From assembly GCA_963666055.2 (NCBI GenBank), contig CAXWPH010000005.1, positions 32,001 through 96,000 of the forward strand: 64,000 nt of DNA, given 5' to 3'. Of the stretch, positions 36,239-47,809 are shown in pieces (the first letter of the stretch is position 1; each line of letters opens with the position of its first letter). The translations under genes and the position numbers were made by a program. The notes beneath the pieces are model-generated. The model was not told where the DNA came from. It did not search any database and saw nothing but the letters and a program-made list of their open reading frames with translations. Source of the DNA: Acidobacteriota bacterium (lineage in GTDB: Bacteria; Acidobacteriota; UBA890; WLXD01).

Positions 36239-38927
36239 ATGGAACCCGGCACCAAAAGGCCCCTACGAAGTCACCGAGCAGCTTGGCGCTGGCGGCATGG
36301 GAGAGGTGTACCTGGCGCAGGACACGCGCCTGGGCCGCAAGGTGGCTATCAAGGTGCTGCCCGCCGAGTTCGCCTCTGACCCCGAGCGCCTCGCCCGCTT
36401 CGAGCAGGAAGCCCGCGCTGCCGCCGCGCTGAACCATCCGCACATCGCGGTGGTTCACGATATCGGCACCGAAGGCGACACCCACTTCATGGTGCAGGAG
36501 TACCTGGAGGGAGACACGCTCCGAGAGCCGCTACAGAAAGGTGCGCTGCCGCTCAAGAAGGCGCTCGGCTTGGCAACCGAGATCGCCGAGGCACTCGCAG
36601 CCGCCCATGCCGCCGGGATCATCCACCGGGATTTGAAGCCGGAGAACATCTTCGTCACCAAGGAAGGTCACGCCAAGGTGCTGGACTTCGGCCTGGCGAA
36701 GCTCACCGAGGTGGCGGGGGCAGGCTCACCGGGCGGTGCCACGCAGTCACCCACGATGATGGGGACGGTGGCTGGTCAGGTGATGGGTACTGCCGGCTAC
36801 ATGGCCCCGGAGCAGGTCGAGGGCTCGGAAGAGATCGACCATCGGGCCGACCTGTTCGCCTTTGGCTGCGTGCTCTACGAGATGGCTGCGGGCAGGCAAG
36901 CATTTGCCGGTGAGAGCATCCACGACACCCTCCACCGCATCGGACACCGGGAGCCCAAGCCACTCGATGAGATCGATGACAGCCTCCCATCCCAGCTCCT
37001 GTGGATCGTCCGCAAGTCGCTCGCCAAGGAGCCGGCCAAGCGCTACCAGACAGCCGGCGACCTGGTCGTCGACGTACAGACGCTCGGTACAGACGTGGAG
37101 TCGGGTGCGGCACTCCCGACAACCCCTGTCGCCGTGGAAACGGTTCGCGGCATCCCCTGGAAGCTGGCAGCCCCGATAGCCGTGGCCATCGCCCTTCTGG
37201 CAGCTTTCGGAGTCTGGATCACGATCCCGTCACTGCCAGAGTCCATCGTTCGCCGCTTCTTCATCGACTATCCGCCAGAAACTACTTTCCAGAGGTTTTT
37301 TAGCGCCGGCGTTGCGATCTCACCCGATGGCAGCTCGGTGGTGTTCGCCGCCAACCGGCAGCTTTGGCTCCGAGCGATCGACGATCTGGTAGCCACACCC
37401 ATCCGTGGCACGGAGGGAGCCAGAGGGCCGTTCTTTTCTCCCGATGGCCAACAGCTCGGCTTTTGGGGAAGCGATGGGCAAATGAAGAAGGTTTCGATTA
37501 CCGGCGGTGCGCCGCTGTCGCTGGGGCCAGCGCCTGAGCAAGCGTACGGGGCGAGCTGGGCAGATGACGGCTACATCTACTTCGGGCAGGGTGCCGGAGG
37601 GATCTTGCGTGTCTCGGAGAACGGCAGTGACCCCAAGACAGTCGCCGAGATGGCGGACGGCGAGCAAGCCTACGGCCCCCGACTTCTTCCTGGTGGCGAG
37701 TGGTTGCTGTATACGCTCTTGAGCGGTTCCATCTCGTGGAACAATGCGATCATCGTGGCGCAGCCGGTGGCCGGCGGCGAGCGCAAGGAGCTGGGCATTG
37801 TCGGCACCGATGGCCGCTACGTGCCCACCGGCCACATCGTCTATTCCCTCCAAGACAACCTCCTTGCGGTGCCCTTCGATGCAGGCAACATAGAGGTTGC
37901 CGGTGGACCTGTGCCCATCGTCGAAGGGGTCCGACAAGCGTTTGGTGGCTTCTCGGGAGCAAGCCAGTACGCCTTTTCGGATCGAGGTGGGTTGGTGTAC
38001 ATGCCGGGCGCTGGGGCTTCGGGCGCTTTCCAACTCGCCTGGGTTGATCGTAACGACCAGGTCGAGCTGCTGCCCTTCGAGCCGCGTTCGTCTCTCAACT
38101 TGGACCTATCGCCGGATGACCAGCAGATCGCGCTCGAAATCCAGGGAGATGATGGGGACTGGGACATCTGGATCTACGAGATCGGACGAGGGGGCAGCGG
38201 GGTGCTGCTGACCACGGAGAGCAGCAACCGATTGCCCGTTTGGTCGCCCAATGGAGAGTGGGTGTTCTTCGCGTCGGACCGGAGTGGCAGTAACGACATC
38301 TGGAAGCGGCGGGCTGACCGGAGTCTCGACGTCGAGCCGGTGTTGCATATGGAGACTGCCGTGTGGCCGAGGTCGATCTCGGACGACGGTGAGATGCTGC
38401 TTTTCGAAAGCGGGCTCCCACCGAATCTCGACGTGGGGATACTGGCTCTCGATACACAGGAACCGAAAATGCTCGTCGATACCCCCGCCAACGAGTTTTG
38501 GCCCAGTTTCTCGCCGGACGGTCGCTTCGTCGCCTTTCTGTCGAACGAGACCGGGCAAGACGAGGTATACGTGCGGGAAGTAACGAGCGGTCGAACATTT
38601 CCGGTCTCTACGAGTACCCGTGGCGGTCGTACCCCTCGCTGGTCGCAGGATGGCAGAGAGATTTACTACCGCTCCGCCGTTGGCTCCGGCATCCTCGTCG
38701 CAGAACTGGATGTAGAGTCGTTTTCCGCATCCGACCCTCTCGAACTCTCGAACATCATCACCCCTCTCTTGGGCCCCTTTGATGTCACCGCCGATGGCCA
38801 GAAGTTCCTGGTGACGGTGCCCGCTGGTAATGATGAGACTGGGGGCACGGCACCGGGCACACGACTCAACGTCGTCCTCAACTGGTTCGAGGAGCTCAAG
38901 CAGCGCGTGCCGACGGGAGGCTCCTGA
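36239..38927 (+). CDS. Ser/Thr kinase + TM + TolB/PD40 beta-propeller (2-nt deletion near the start)
   Basis: ATG 36239 (MEPGTK) after GGAG is out of frame with the 36297 ORF because CT is missing versus ACCAAACTAGGC in the paralog; all other kinase motifs and SPDG repeats intact. Confidence 0.85.
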
Positions 38928-39106
38928 TGGTCGGCAAGACGCTCGGCCACTACGAGATCCTTCCCCCGCTGGGTGCAGGCGGCATGGGGCAGGTGTACCG
39001 AGCACGCGACACGACGCTGGATCGTGATGTCGCCATCAAGGTGTTGCCGGAAGACTTCGCCAGCGATGCTGGCCGGCTGGCTCGCTTCGAGCGCGAAGCC
39101 AAGCTG
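38927..39106 (+). pseudogene. N-terminal stub of a second Ser/Thr kinase
   Basis: [24 protein letters not shown]...RFEREAKL then an abrupt end; homologous to 29051 and 53457. Confidence 0.8.
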
Positions 39107-39145
39107 CCGCCGGTGCGCATGGCGCATCACGGGCGCTGACCTCGA

Positions 39146-39890
39146 TCAGTAGCTCACGCGCGCGATCTTCGAACTCCAGGCACAGTCACCAGCAACCTTC
39201 GCACCGAACTCACCCGAGATCCATACGTCCTTTGTAGACGACGGGTCCGAGGTCACGCCCACGTAGTCGCCGGTGCGGACCGAATCCTCGTCTTCCGGCA
39301 GCTCCTTGGAGCACTTGCCCGAGGCAAGGAATTTCTGCTTGTCGAACCCGGCGGGGAGCCGCGCCGGGCCAAAGCGCGCGGCTCCTTTTTTCAGCCCGTT
39401 GTAGGCGAGCGAGAGGCGCTTCTTCTTGCCTCCATATTGGAACGCGACGACCACGTCTCCGCCCGAGGTGACCGCAATCCCGGGCATCCAGGCGAAGTGG
39501 TCGAAGACTCCGAACAGGTCCTCGAATCCCACCGCGGCGCCGTTGCCGGTTGGCAACAGCTGCCGGACCCGGATACAGGAAAAGACGTCTTCGGTGTTGC
39601 TGCCGAAAATGCATCCGGACGCGTGGGCGAACCACAGCTGCCCGTCACGGTACACGACCTGAGCCATCATCCGATGGCCGAGCGTGGCGATGTCCTTGTC
39701 ACTGCCCTTCTGGTGTGCTGGTGGAGCAAACGTGTAACCGTTGGTGGTGATGATCTCGTGGCTCACCCTGGGCTTGGCCCGCTCGCCGGCGCGCGCCCCG
39801 TTGGTGATTCGCCAGAGCGCATAGTGCTCCGCGAATCCGACCAACGGCGTGTTGATGGCGAACAGCGGCGTGCCGGCGATGTTGGCGGCT
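39146..39890 (-). pseudogene. C-terminal fragment of a secreted beta-rich protein
   Basis: Coding-like from about IAGTPLFAIN to RTGDYVGVTSDP...WISGEF (RWGDY-like family); upstream part not gene-like. Confidence 0.5.
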
Positions 39891-40329
39891 CGTGCCCACG
39901 AACCCCTAGCGGCGTCATGCGGCCACCACGCACAGCGCCACGTACTCCGCGTGGTGTTCGACATCGTGAACGTCGAGGCTACCCAACGAGACGCGGTTCC
40001 CTGGTTGCCCCTCGGTTGCCCACGGGCAACCAGGACGCGCTCCGGTGCGCAGACCAGCGCGCGGGGACACAAACGCTTCGTGTTTCAGCGTGAGCCAGAG
40101 GTAGCGCAGCGTTCACGACCCCTACCCGGCATCCCCGAATTCGGTTGGTGCCAAGAAAGTGCCAAAAACGGCTCCAAACCACCCATTTCCACGGCCTGTT
40201 ACCCCCGAAAACAGGCCGTATCTGCTGGTCCCGGTGAACTCGTTGTTCACTGAACCGACCCGCTGGGCCACATCGTTTCGATCCTAGGGTCGCGGTATGT
40301 GCGCAACGTCCTCGGTGGTTGTGTCGGGA

Positions 40330-40600
40330 GCTTCTCCCCGAGCCAGCACGCCATCGCGAGCGCCATTCGAGATCATCCGACCCACCCACCTGCGTGCGGT
40401 AGGTCAGATTGGCAGCCGCGGTAAGGTGCTGCTCCAACCCCTGGAGTTCCGAGATCAGGGCCTGGACTCCGGGGAGTTCGGGATCCAGGTGGATGCGCCT
40501 GAAACCGATCAAAGTACGCAACGTGGTGATCGGACGAGTCCGCGAGACTCGAAGATATGGAGGGTGTGCTGACTCGGCATCTCCGCCGTAATCGTAAGCT
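40330..40600 (-). pseudogene. Phage terminase large-subunit-like nuclease-domain remnant
   Basis: LTIT/GGD...RVSRTRPITTLRTLIGFRRIHLDPELPGVQALISELQ...AANLTY...DDL/MALAMACW with two frameshifts. Confidence 0.55.
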
Positions 40601-40658
40601 GATAGAGCTTGGCTCCGAGTTCCGGCGTTGCTGCAGTCGGCTTCCCTGGATCTTCTGG

Positions 40659-42458
40659 CTACTGCTCTATGGCCGGCGGCGACGCAACCGGTAGCTCGCC
40701 GTGCACTAGCACGCCTTCCATCATCACCGCCGTGGGCTGCACCTCGGGGATGTCCGCGGGATCGAGCATGAAGAGGTCCTCGTCGAGCACCACGAGGTCG
40801 GCGAGCTTGCCAACCTCGAGGGAGCCAATGCGGTCCTCCATGCGAAACGGATAGGCGCCATCGACGGTGAAACCGCGCACGATCGTGCGCAGATCGACAC
40901 GCTCGGTCGCCGGCGGTCGAGGGCTCGCGCCATCGCCCCGGGGCGCCTCCCGCGTATGGGCACCGTGCATGGTTAGATACGGGCTGATGACTGACAGCCG
41001 CCAGTCGTCGCTCGAGAAGGTCACGCGGGCGCCGGCGTCGAATAGCGACTTGGCCATGTAGATACGCGCCATTCGCTCCGGGCCCAGCGCCAGCGCCTCT
41101 GTCTCTTCGGGGTAGGCAGCGCCCACGGCGAACCACCAGGCCGTTAAGTTGGCGGAGACGTCGAGTGTCGCGAGGCGCGGCATGTCAGCGCGATCGATGA
41201 CCTGGACGTGCGACAGCGTGACACGCGGGTACAGCTTTCCCGAGACGGCCGCCCTCGCCGCTTCCACAGCGTCGAGCGCGGTGCGAACGGCGCGGTCGCC
41301 GATGGTGTGCAAGTGCAGGTCGAGCTGCGCCTCGTGCAGCTCGAGCAGGAAGTCGCGCAGCTCGGCCATCGATAACATGGTGTCGCTAGCGAAGCTCGGA
41401 TCATGAGCGTAGGGCTCGAGCAAGGCGCCAGAGTGGTTCGAGAGAATGCCGTCCATGAACAGCTTCACCGTACGAAACCGCAGCCGCTCGCCGCCGTACT
41501 GCCGCTGCAGCCGCCGCATCTCCTGCACCGCCTGAGTGCGGCGCTCGGGAACGAACACCTGGTAGGTGCCCTCATAGCGCAGCGGCAGCCTGCCGGCGCG
41601 TTCGAGACGGGCCAGCAGGCCGTAGACGTGGTCCTCGTAGCCGAAATTGCCGCCGTCGTAGACCGTCGTAACGCCTTTCTCCAGCAGCGTCTGCAGAAAC
41701 GCCACCACGCTGGCCTCGTGCACGTCGGTATCGACGTCGAACTGCGAAGCTAGGTGCTGCCAGCCCGCACCCTCCTTGACCCAACCGGTGGGAACACCGT
41801 TGGCGTCGCGAGCGTACATGGCGAGCCCGGGTCGCGGATCGGGCGTGCTGGCGTCGATCCCGAGCACCTCCAGCGCCTTCGAGTTCAGCCAGTTGCTGTG
41901 CCAGGAGCGGCTGGCGATCCACACCGGCCGGTCTGCAACGATGCGGTCGAGGTCCCGTCGGTGCGGCCCCCTGGACCCGTCGACGAACAGCTCGTTGGGC
42001 CAGCAGCAAAGTCGGATCCAGCCCTCCCCTGGATTGCTCTCGACGTGGTTGCGCAGCGATTCGAGGAACTCCTCGCGGCTGGAGCCGCTGACGGACCCGT
42101 CGTAGTCCTCGAGGTCGATGTAACCCGGATGCGTGTGACCGTCGATGAGGCCCGGGATTACCAGACGGCCCGCCAGATCGACCGTGCGCGTCGCGTCCGA
42201 CACGAAGGCCGCAGCGCCGGCGTCGTCCCCAACGTAGGTGAGCTCGCCGTCCTCGATCGCGACCGCAGTAGCCGACGGGTTGCCGTCGTCCATCGTCACG
42301 ATGTCGCCGCCGGTGAGCACCCAGTCGGCGCCAGCGGCGGATCCACCGCTCCCGTCGTCCCCGGCGTCGCAGCTCACCGTCAGCACGATCGTTCCCACCA
42401 GAGCCAACAAGAGGCTACCCGAGAGGATCGCGCCGCGCGCTCGCGTCCATAGAGTCAT
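40659..42458 (-). CDS. Amidohydrolase (YtcJ-like), probable lipoprotein
   Basis: PGLIDGHTH, WLNSKAL, KLFMDG, HTIGDRAV and LEVGKLADLVVL; start uncertain (42458 preferred to 42719). Confidence 0.9.
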   Translation of the reverse strand: MTLWTRARGAILSGSLLLALVGTIVLTVSCDAGDDGSGGSAAGADWVLTGGDIVTMDDGNPSATAVAIEDGELTYVGDDAGAAAFVSDATRTVDLAGRLVIPGLIDGHTHPGYIDLEDYDGSVSGSSREEFLESLRNHVESNPGEGWIRLCCWPNELFVDGSRGPHRRDLDRIVADRPVWIASRSWHSNWLNSKALEVLGIDASTPDPRPGLAMYARDANGVPTGWVKEGAGWQHLASQFDVDTDVHEASVVAFLQTLLEKGVTTVYDGGNFGYEDHVYGLLARLERAGRLPLRYEGTYQVFVPERRTQAVQEMRRLQRQYGGERLRFRTVKLFMDGILSNHSGALLEPYAHDPSFASDTMLSMAELRDFLLELHEAQLDLHLHTIGDRAVRTALDAVEAARAAVSGKLYPRVTLSHVQVIDRADMPRLATLDVSANLTAWWFAVGAAYPEETEALALGPERMARIYMAKSLFDAGARVTFSSDDWRLSVISPYLTMHGAHTREAPRGDGASPRPPATERVDLRTIVRGFTVDGAYPFRMEDRIGSLEVGKLADLVVLDEDLFMLDPADIPEVQPTAVMMEGVLVHGELPVASPPAIEQ

Positions 42459-42551
42459 CGGCCTTAGTAGTCGGACTGCTGCGAGATGCCGTTCACCGGG
42501 CGGTTCGCCACGACGCTCGAGGTTAGCGGCTTTATCGCTCTTCCTACTCAT

Positions 42552-42584
<33 letters not shown>

Positions 42585-42781
42585 TACCTGTACCTCGTCG
42601 CTCGCTCCATGCAGCTGCGATCCTATCGTACCGCAGGGGGCGACCCGTTCGGCCCCTGCAAAGCAACCGAGGCGACCGAAAACGCCCTCTGACGGCCGTC
42701 GAGGCTTGGGCGCAACCAAGTCGCGGAGGCCACTCCGGGGCCGTAACTCGGCCCACGAGCGTTTTGGTTCGCTGGTTCGCG

Positions 42782-44392
42782 CTAGAACCTGGAGGCAGTG
42801 ATCCAGGTGTCACTTCTGGCAGTGCTCTGGGCGAAGTCTCGCTCCACCTCTGGGTCGGTCTTGCCTTGGGCCTCCAATGCGGCTCTCAGGCCGTGGAGCG
42901 ACCAAACGTTGTGCGGATGGTCCGCGAGCTCGGTCCGGTACACGTCCTCCGCTTCGGCCGGGCGCCCGGCCTGAAGGAGTGCTGCGCCAAGCCAGTGGCG
43001 GGCTGCGAACGGGATCGGCTCGGGCTCGTCGTATTGCTGCTGGTCGTCGAGAGCGGCCGCGCGCTCGAATGCGTCGATCGCGGCCTGGAGGTCGCCCTGG
43101 GCGCGGAGGATCTCGCCTTCGAGGATCGCCGCTGCCAGGCCCATCAGCTGTTTGGCTGGGTGAAACCCGAGCGTTGCCTCGGAATGCTGCGCCAGTTCCT
43201 GAACCCGCGCCAGATGCTTGTGCGCGGCCGCAGCGTCGCCGGCCCGCAGCTCGGCATAGCCTTGGGCGAACTCCCAGAAGCCGCGAGCAACCTCAGCCGA
43301 GGGGCGCTTCTTGACTTGGAGGATCTCGTCGAAACGACCGAAACGCAGAAGGGTCAACACCTGATGCATCGTGTTGCCGCCGAGTTTCGCGAAATCCTTG
43401 CCCGCCTGCGTCGCGATCGCGCCTTGTCCGTCCATCGAAGCGGCGAACAGCAGCATGTGCAGGTTGTGTGTCCTCCCGTAGGAGAAGCCGAGCTTCTTCG
43501 CCGCCTTTTGGTCCGAGTGCCAGGCCGCAGTGTTGGCCTGGACCGACCGCCCCCACAGACCGACCTCGTTCCAGGTATGCGAGGGCATGTGCTGGACGTG
43601 GCTGGCTACCGGCACCGCCCGACCGAGATGTTCGACACACTCGAGCGCCAACTCCGGGTGCTGGCTCGATTCCGTGGCGTGTACGTAGAGGTGGCAGGCG
43701 CCCGGATGCTCGATGTCGCCCTCCAGGACGCCGGTCAGCACTCCGTGAAGTCGAATCAGATCGGGGTCCTCGACATCTCGGTGACCGAGTCTCTCCTCGA
43801 GCAGGAACAGAGCCACCGCATAGACGACCGCTACCTCGTGATGGTCCGGGTACTTCTCGTACACCTGCGCCATTTCCTCGGCGAACGATTCGTCGACTGG
43901 GCGCCGTTGTTCAGGGTCGTAGTCCGCCGGGTAGCGATCTCGCGCCGCCAGGATCAGGTCGCGCTCGACAGCTGTCGCGCTGCTGGAAAGAGCGACTGCT
44001 TCCTCGATCGCCGCGTGTGCCCGCCGCGATCGATCGACGCTCATGCCGCCGTTGAGAAACGAGCCCAGGGCGAAGGCCTCACCCCAGAAGCACATCGCGC
44101 ACTGGGGATCCAGGCGCCTCGCCTCGGCCATCGAGCGAGCTGCCTCCGTCACGTTGTAGGCATACCGGAGCTGCATTCCCTGGTCGAAGTATTCCTGGGC
44201 TCGTGGCTCGCTGGTGCTGATGGTCCAGGAGAAAGGTCCGAGAGCGGACGGAATCAGATCGATCGGTTGGAGAAACTCAGGCGCGCCGCCAGTTCCCGGC
44301 GCCGCAACCACGGATCGAGTGTCGGCACCCCGGCTGGTCGCGCAGGCCGACAACAAAACACCCGCAAGGGTGACGGCAGCAAGACTTCTCAT
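42782..44392 (-). CDS. TPR-repeat lipoprotein
   Basis: AQEYFDQG, CAMCFWG, HPGACHLYVH, HMPSH and WSLHGL; ATG 44392 with lipobox LSAC. Confidence 0.85.
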   Translation of the reverse strand: MRSLAAVTLAGVLLSACATSRGADTRSVVAAPGTGGAPEFLQPIDLIPSALGPFSWTISTSEPRAQEYFDQGMQLRYAYNVTEAARSMAEARRLDPQCAMCFWGEAFALGSFLNGGMSVDRSRRAHAAIEEAVALSSSATAVERDLILAARDRYPADYDPEQRRPVDESFAEEMAQVYEKYPDHHEVAVVYAVALFLLEERLGHRDVEDPDLIRLHGVLTGVLEGDIEHPGACHLYVHATESSQHPELALECVEHLGRAVPVASHVQHMPSHTWNEVGLWGRSVQANTAAWHSDQKAAKKLGFSYGRTHNLHMLLFAASMDGQGAIATQAGKDFAKLGGNTMHQVLTLLRFGRFDEILQVKKRPSAEVARGFWEFAQGYAELRAGDAAAAHKHLARVQELAQHSEATLGFHPAKQLMGLAAAILEGEILRAQGDLQAAIDAFERAAALDDQQQYDEPEPIPFAARHWLGAALLQAGRPAEAEDVYRTELADHPHNVWSLHGLRAALEAQGKTDPEVERDFAQSTARSDTWITASRF

Positions 44393-44643
44393 TCTTCCAT
44401 CTTCCTTGGCTGGTTTTCGACACACGCGCGCGCCGGGACCTGGCGTCGCCCCGCGATGCGGTCGATAGTGTAGACGGCGAAGGAGATCACTCAGGCAGTC
44501 GTGCTCGATAGCGACATCGAGCACAACCCCAGCGGCTCGTGCCGACGGACCCGTAGCACCCGTTGCGATAGCAGCGAAAAGGGCGAGGAAAACTCGCCAT
44601 GACGTATGCTTGACTCCCGATTTCGAGTCTGGAAGGAGAGGTC

Positions 44644-46518
44644 GTGCGCCACCCCGACGACGACAGCACCGTAACCGCGCGGACAAGCCCGATACGTCGA
44701 CCGCGCTCTCCCCGACTCCTGCTCGCCCTCTCGCTTCTCTGCGCATCCCTCGCGGCGCCGGGTCTCGAGGCGACCGGCAACAGCACCGCCGCCGGGCCCG
44801 CCGAATGGATCGGCGACCTCGACCCTATCGGCCCCGCCGATTGGAGCTACGAGCGTGCCGCTCATCTGATGGAGCGCGCCGGCTTCGGTGCGACGCCGGA
44901 AGAGATCGAGCTTCTGGCCAAAGCGGATCCCCGCCAGGTCGTGCGACGTCTGGTCGACTACCGGTCGACCGCCAATCCCTCGGTGGGCCCGTTCGAGCAT
45001 TCCGGGATCTTCGACGAGGGTATGGACCCGTTTCCGCCGAGCCGGGCCGAAGCGGTCCGCATCGGCAGGGAAAAGGGTCGCGCTCTCGGAGTCGACATCC
45101 TTCCGGAAGGGTCGTCGCGGCGCCTTCAGCCGGTGGTCGACAAGTTCTTCTACGGTCTCCGGGCCGACCGCCTCGAGGCGCTTCGACTCGGCCTGTGGTG
45201 GGGCGAACGCATGCTGAAGAGCAAGCGACCGCTCGAAGAAAAGCTCACATTCTTCTGGCACGGTCACTTCGCCACCTCCGACGTCAAGGTCCGTGACTAC
45301 CGCAAGATGCTGGTCCAGAACCAAACATTGCGCCGGCACGCCAACGGCAACTTCCGCAACCTGCTGCTGGCGATCATGAAAGACCCGGCGATGCTCGTCT
45401 TCCTCGACAACGGCGAAAACGTCAAGGACCATCCCAATGAGAACTTCGGCCGCGAGCTGCTCGAGCTCTTCACCATGGGAGACGGCAACTACAGCGAGCA
45501 CGACATTCGAGAGGCATCGCGTGCCTTTACGGGTTGGACCAACGATGTCCTCGAGTTTCGCTTCGACGGCAAGCTGCACGACTATGGAGAAAAGGAGTTC
45601 CTAGGCAGGAAAGGGAAGTTCGACGGCGACGAGATCATCGACATCGTCCTCGAGCAGCCGGCGACGGCTGACTTCATTGCCGCGAAGCTCTATCGCTTCT
45701 TCGTCGCCGAAGAGGCGCCGCCGGGCATCCTCGCCGAGCTCGCGGCGCTCTTTCGCGAGTCGGACTACGAGCTCCGTCCGGTGCTCGAGAGGATCTTCCT
45801 GTCGCGTGATTTCTACGGCCCCAGGTCCTTCGCCACCCAGATCAAGAGCCCGGTGCACCTGGTGGTCTCGACCTATCGCAAGCTCGGACTCGAGAAGCTG
45901 CCGACGGTTCCAGATTTCAACGGGCTCACCGCGAGCCTCGGTCAGTCCCTCTTTTACCCACCCAACGTGGCGGGATGGGCCGGCGGTCGGACCTGGATCA
46001 CTCCGGCGACTCTCCTCGAGCGCGGCAACCTGATGCGCAACATCCTTTTCCCGCCCGACCTGGAGTCCTATGGGGCACCCGACCGCCGTATGCCCGGGAT
46101 CTACCGACAGGTGGGACGCCGTCTGGCGGAGGGAGCCAACATCACCTCCGCGACCCAGGTCGGCGACTCGGCGTCCAGCATGATGGCCGACGCCGATGAG
46201 GACTACAACACTCGCTACGGGGGCTACCGCGGATACGTCATGGCCTACGAAAGGGTCAAGCTCGTTCCTCGCCACGCCATCGATCTCGACCTCGTGGGGA
46301 TGCTCTCGGCCGAGGGCGCAGAAACCAGCGCCGAAGTGATCGATCGCCTCGCTCGCCGGTTTCTGCACATCCCTCTCGAGCGCGATGCGCAAGCGGATCT
46401 CGCCGCCTTCCTGGAGAAGCGACTCGGTGAGAGCGGATCGTCAGTCGGCGGCAGGGAGGACGCTCTACGGGCAGTCCTCTACCTGGTCTTGAGCACTCCT
46501 GAGTACCAGCTGGGGTAA
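44644..46518 (+). CDS. DUF1800 domain protein
   Basis: AAHLMERAGFG, FWHGHFATS, PNENFGRELLELFTMG, PPNVAGW and PEYQL. Confidence 0.9.
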   Translation: MRHPDDDSTVTARTSPIRRPRSPRLLLALSLLCASLAAPGLEATGNSTAAGPAEWIGDLDPIGPADWSYERAAHLMERAGFGATPEEIELLAKADPRQVVRRLVDYRSTANPSVGPFEHSGIFDEGMDPFPPSRAEAVRIGREKGRALGVDILPEGSSRRLQPVVDKFFYGLRADRLEALRLGLWWGERMLKSKRPLEEKLTFFWHGHFATSDVKVRDYRKMLVQNQTLRRHANGNFRNLLLAIMKDPAMLVFLDNGENVKDHPNENFGRELLELFTMGDGNYSEHDIREASRAFTGWTNDVLEFRFDGKLHDYGEKEFLGRKGKFDGDEIIDIVLEQPATADFIAAKLYRFFVAEEAPPGILAELAALFRESDYELRPVLERIFLSRDFYGPRSFATQIKSPVHLVVSTYRKLGLEKLPTVPDFNGLTASLGQSLFYPPNVAGWAGGRTWITPATLLERGNLMRNILFPPDLESYGAPDRRMPGIYRQVGRRLAEGANITSATQVGDSASSMMADADEDYNTRYGGYRGYVMAYERVKLVPRHAIDLDLVGMLSAEGAETSAEVIDRLARRFLHIPLERDAQADLAAFLEKRLGESGSSVGGREDALRAVLYLVLSTPEYQLG

Positions 46519-46522
46519 CGCC

Positions 46523-47791
46523 ATGAGACGACCACGTATCGGACGGGCACATATCGGTTGCCCCTACTCGCGGCGCGACTTCCTGCGTCGCGGCCTCTAC
46601 GGTCTGGGAGTGACCGCCGGACTACCGATGGTTCTGGACCGCACCTCGGCGGCTCTGGCGGCTCAGGCGCTCGGTGGAACCGCTGAGAAGCACCCGCAGC
46701 GAATCCTCGTCGTCGTCGAGCTCTCCGGCGGCAACGACGGTCTCAATACGGTGGTGCCGTTCGGCGACGACGCTTACTACCGAGCGCGTCCGAATCTCGG
46801 AATCCCGAGGAACGACCTCCTGCCGATCACCAATGAAGTGGGGTTCCACCCGTCCCTGGTCGGTTTCGAACGGCTCTACAAAGACGGCATGTTGGCCGTC
46901 GTCGAAGGTTGCGGCTATCCCAACCCCAGCTTGTCGCACTTCACCTCGATGGGCTTCTGGCACACCGGCGTCCCCAACGGCGGCGAAAAGCTCGGTTGGG
47001 TGGGTCGCTTCGCCGACGCTCACACCCCCGACGGCAAGCGCAACTTGATCGTCAACATCGCCAACTCGCAATCACTGGCGGTGCGCGGAAAGGTGAACTC
47101 GCCGCTGGTCTTCAACGATCCCGGCCGCTTTCAGCGTCAGGGAGAGGAAGACGAGATCGCAGCTCTTACTCGACTCTCGGGTGCCCACGCGACCAGCAAC
47201 AGCGAGCTCGACTTTCTACGTGCAACAGCGGAGAACGCCACTGAGAGCTCCGCCTTCGTGCGTCAGGCCTGGTCCGGCTATCGCACACCGGTCGACTACG
47301 GTCTCGGCGGCGCCGATCTGCGCAAGGTGGCGGCTCTCATCGCCGCCGACATGCCCACTCGCGTCTACTACGTCAGCTTCAGCGGCAACTCCTTCGACAC
47401 CCACGTCCACCAGGCCGACCTCCACGCCCGACTGCTCATGTACATGTCCGACGCCGTACGTGGCTTCATGGAGGATGTGCAGCGCCTCGGACGCGCCGAC
47501 GATGTCGCGGTGGTCCTGTTCTCGGAGTTTGGCCGGCGAGTCGAGGAGAACGCCAGCCTCGGCACCGATCACGGTACCGCCGGGCCGATGTTCGTGGTGG
47601 GAAAGAAGCTCGAGGGCGGCTTCTACGGCAAGACACCGGGTCTCACCGATCTCGACGACGGCAATCTCGTGATGACCACCGACTTTCGACGCGTCTACGC
47701 CACGGTGATCGACGAGTGGATGGGCTACAGCGATACCGGGGCTATCCTCAAGGGCGACTATCAGCCTCTCGGCGTCTTCAGCGCATCTTGA
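46523..47791 (+). CDS. DUF1501 domain protein (Tat signal)
   Basis: SRRDFL, GGNDGLNTVVP, FDTH, SEFGRR and GTDHG; typical DUF1800 partner. Confidence 0.9.
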   Translation: MRRPRIGRAHIGCPYSRRDFLRRGLYGLGVTAGLPMVLDRTSAALAAQALGGTAEKHPQRILVVVELSGGNDGLNTVVPFGDDAYYRARPNLGIPRNDLLPITNEVGFHPSLVGFERLYKDGMLAVVEGCGYPNPSLSHFTSMGFWHTGVPNGGEKLGWVGRFADAHTPDGKRNLIVNIANSQSLAVRGKVNSPLVFNDPGRFQRQGEEDEIAALTRLSGAHATSNSELDFLRATAENATESSAFVRQAWSGYRTPVDYGLGGADLRKVAALIAADMPTRVYYVSFSGNSFDTHVHQADLHARLLMYMSDAVRGFMEDVQRLGRADDVAVVLFSEFGRRVEENASLGTDHGTAGPMFVVGKKLEGGFYGKTPGLTDLDDGNLVMTTDFRRVYATVIDEWMGYSDTGAILKGDYQPLGVFSAS

Positions 47792-47809
47792 GCTTCGGCT
47801 GCCGCGGTG

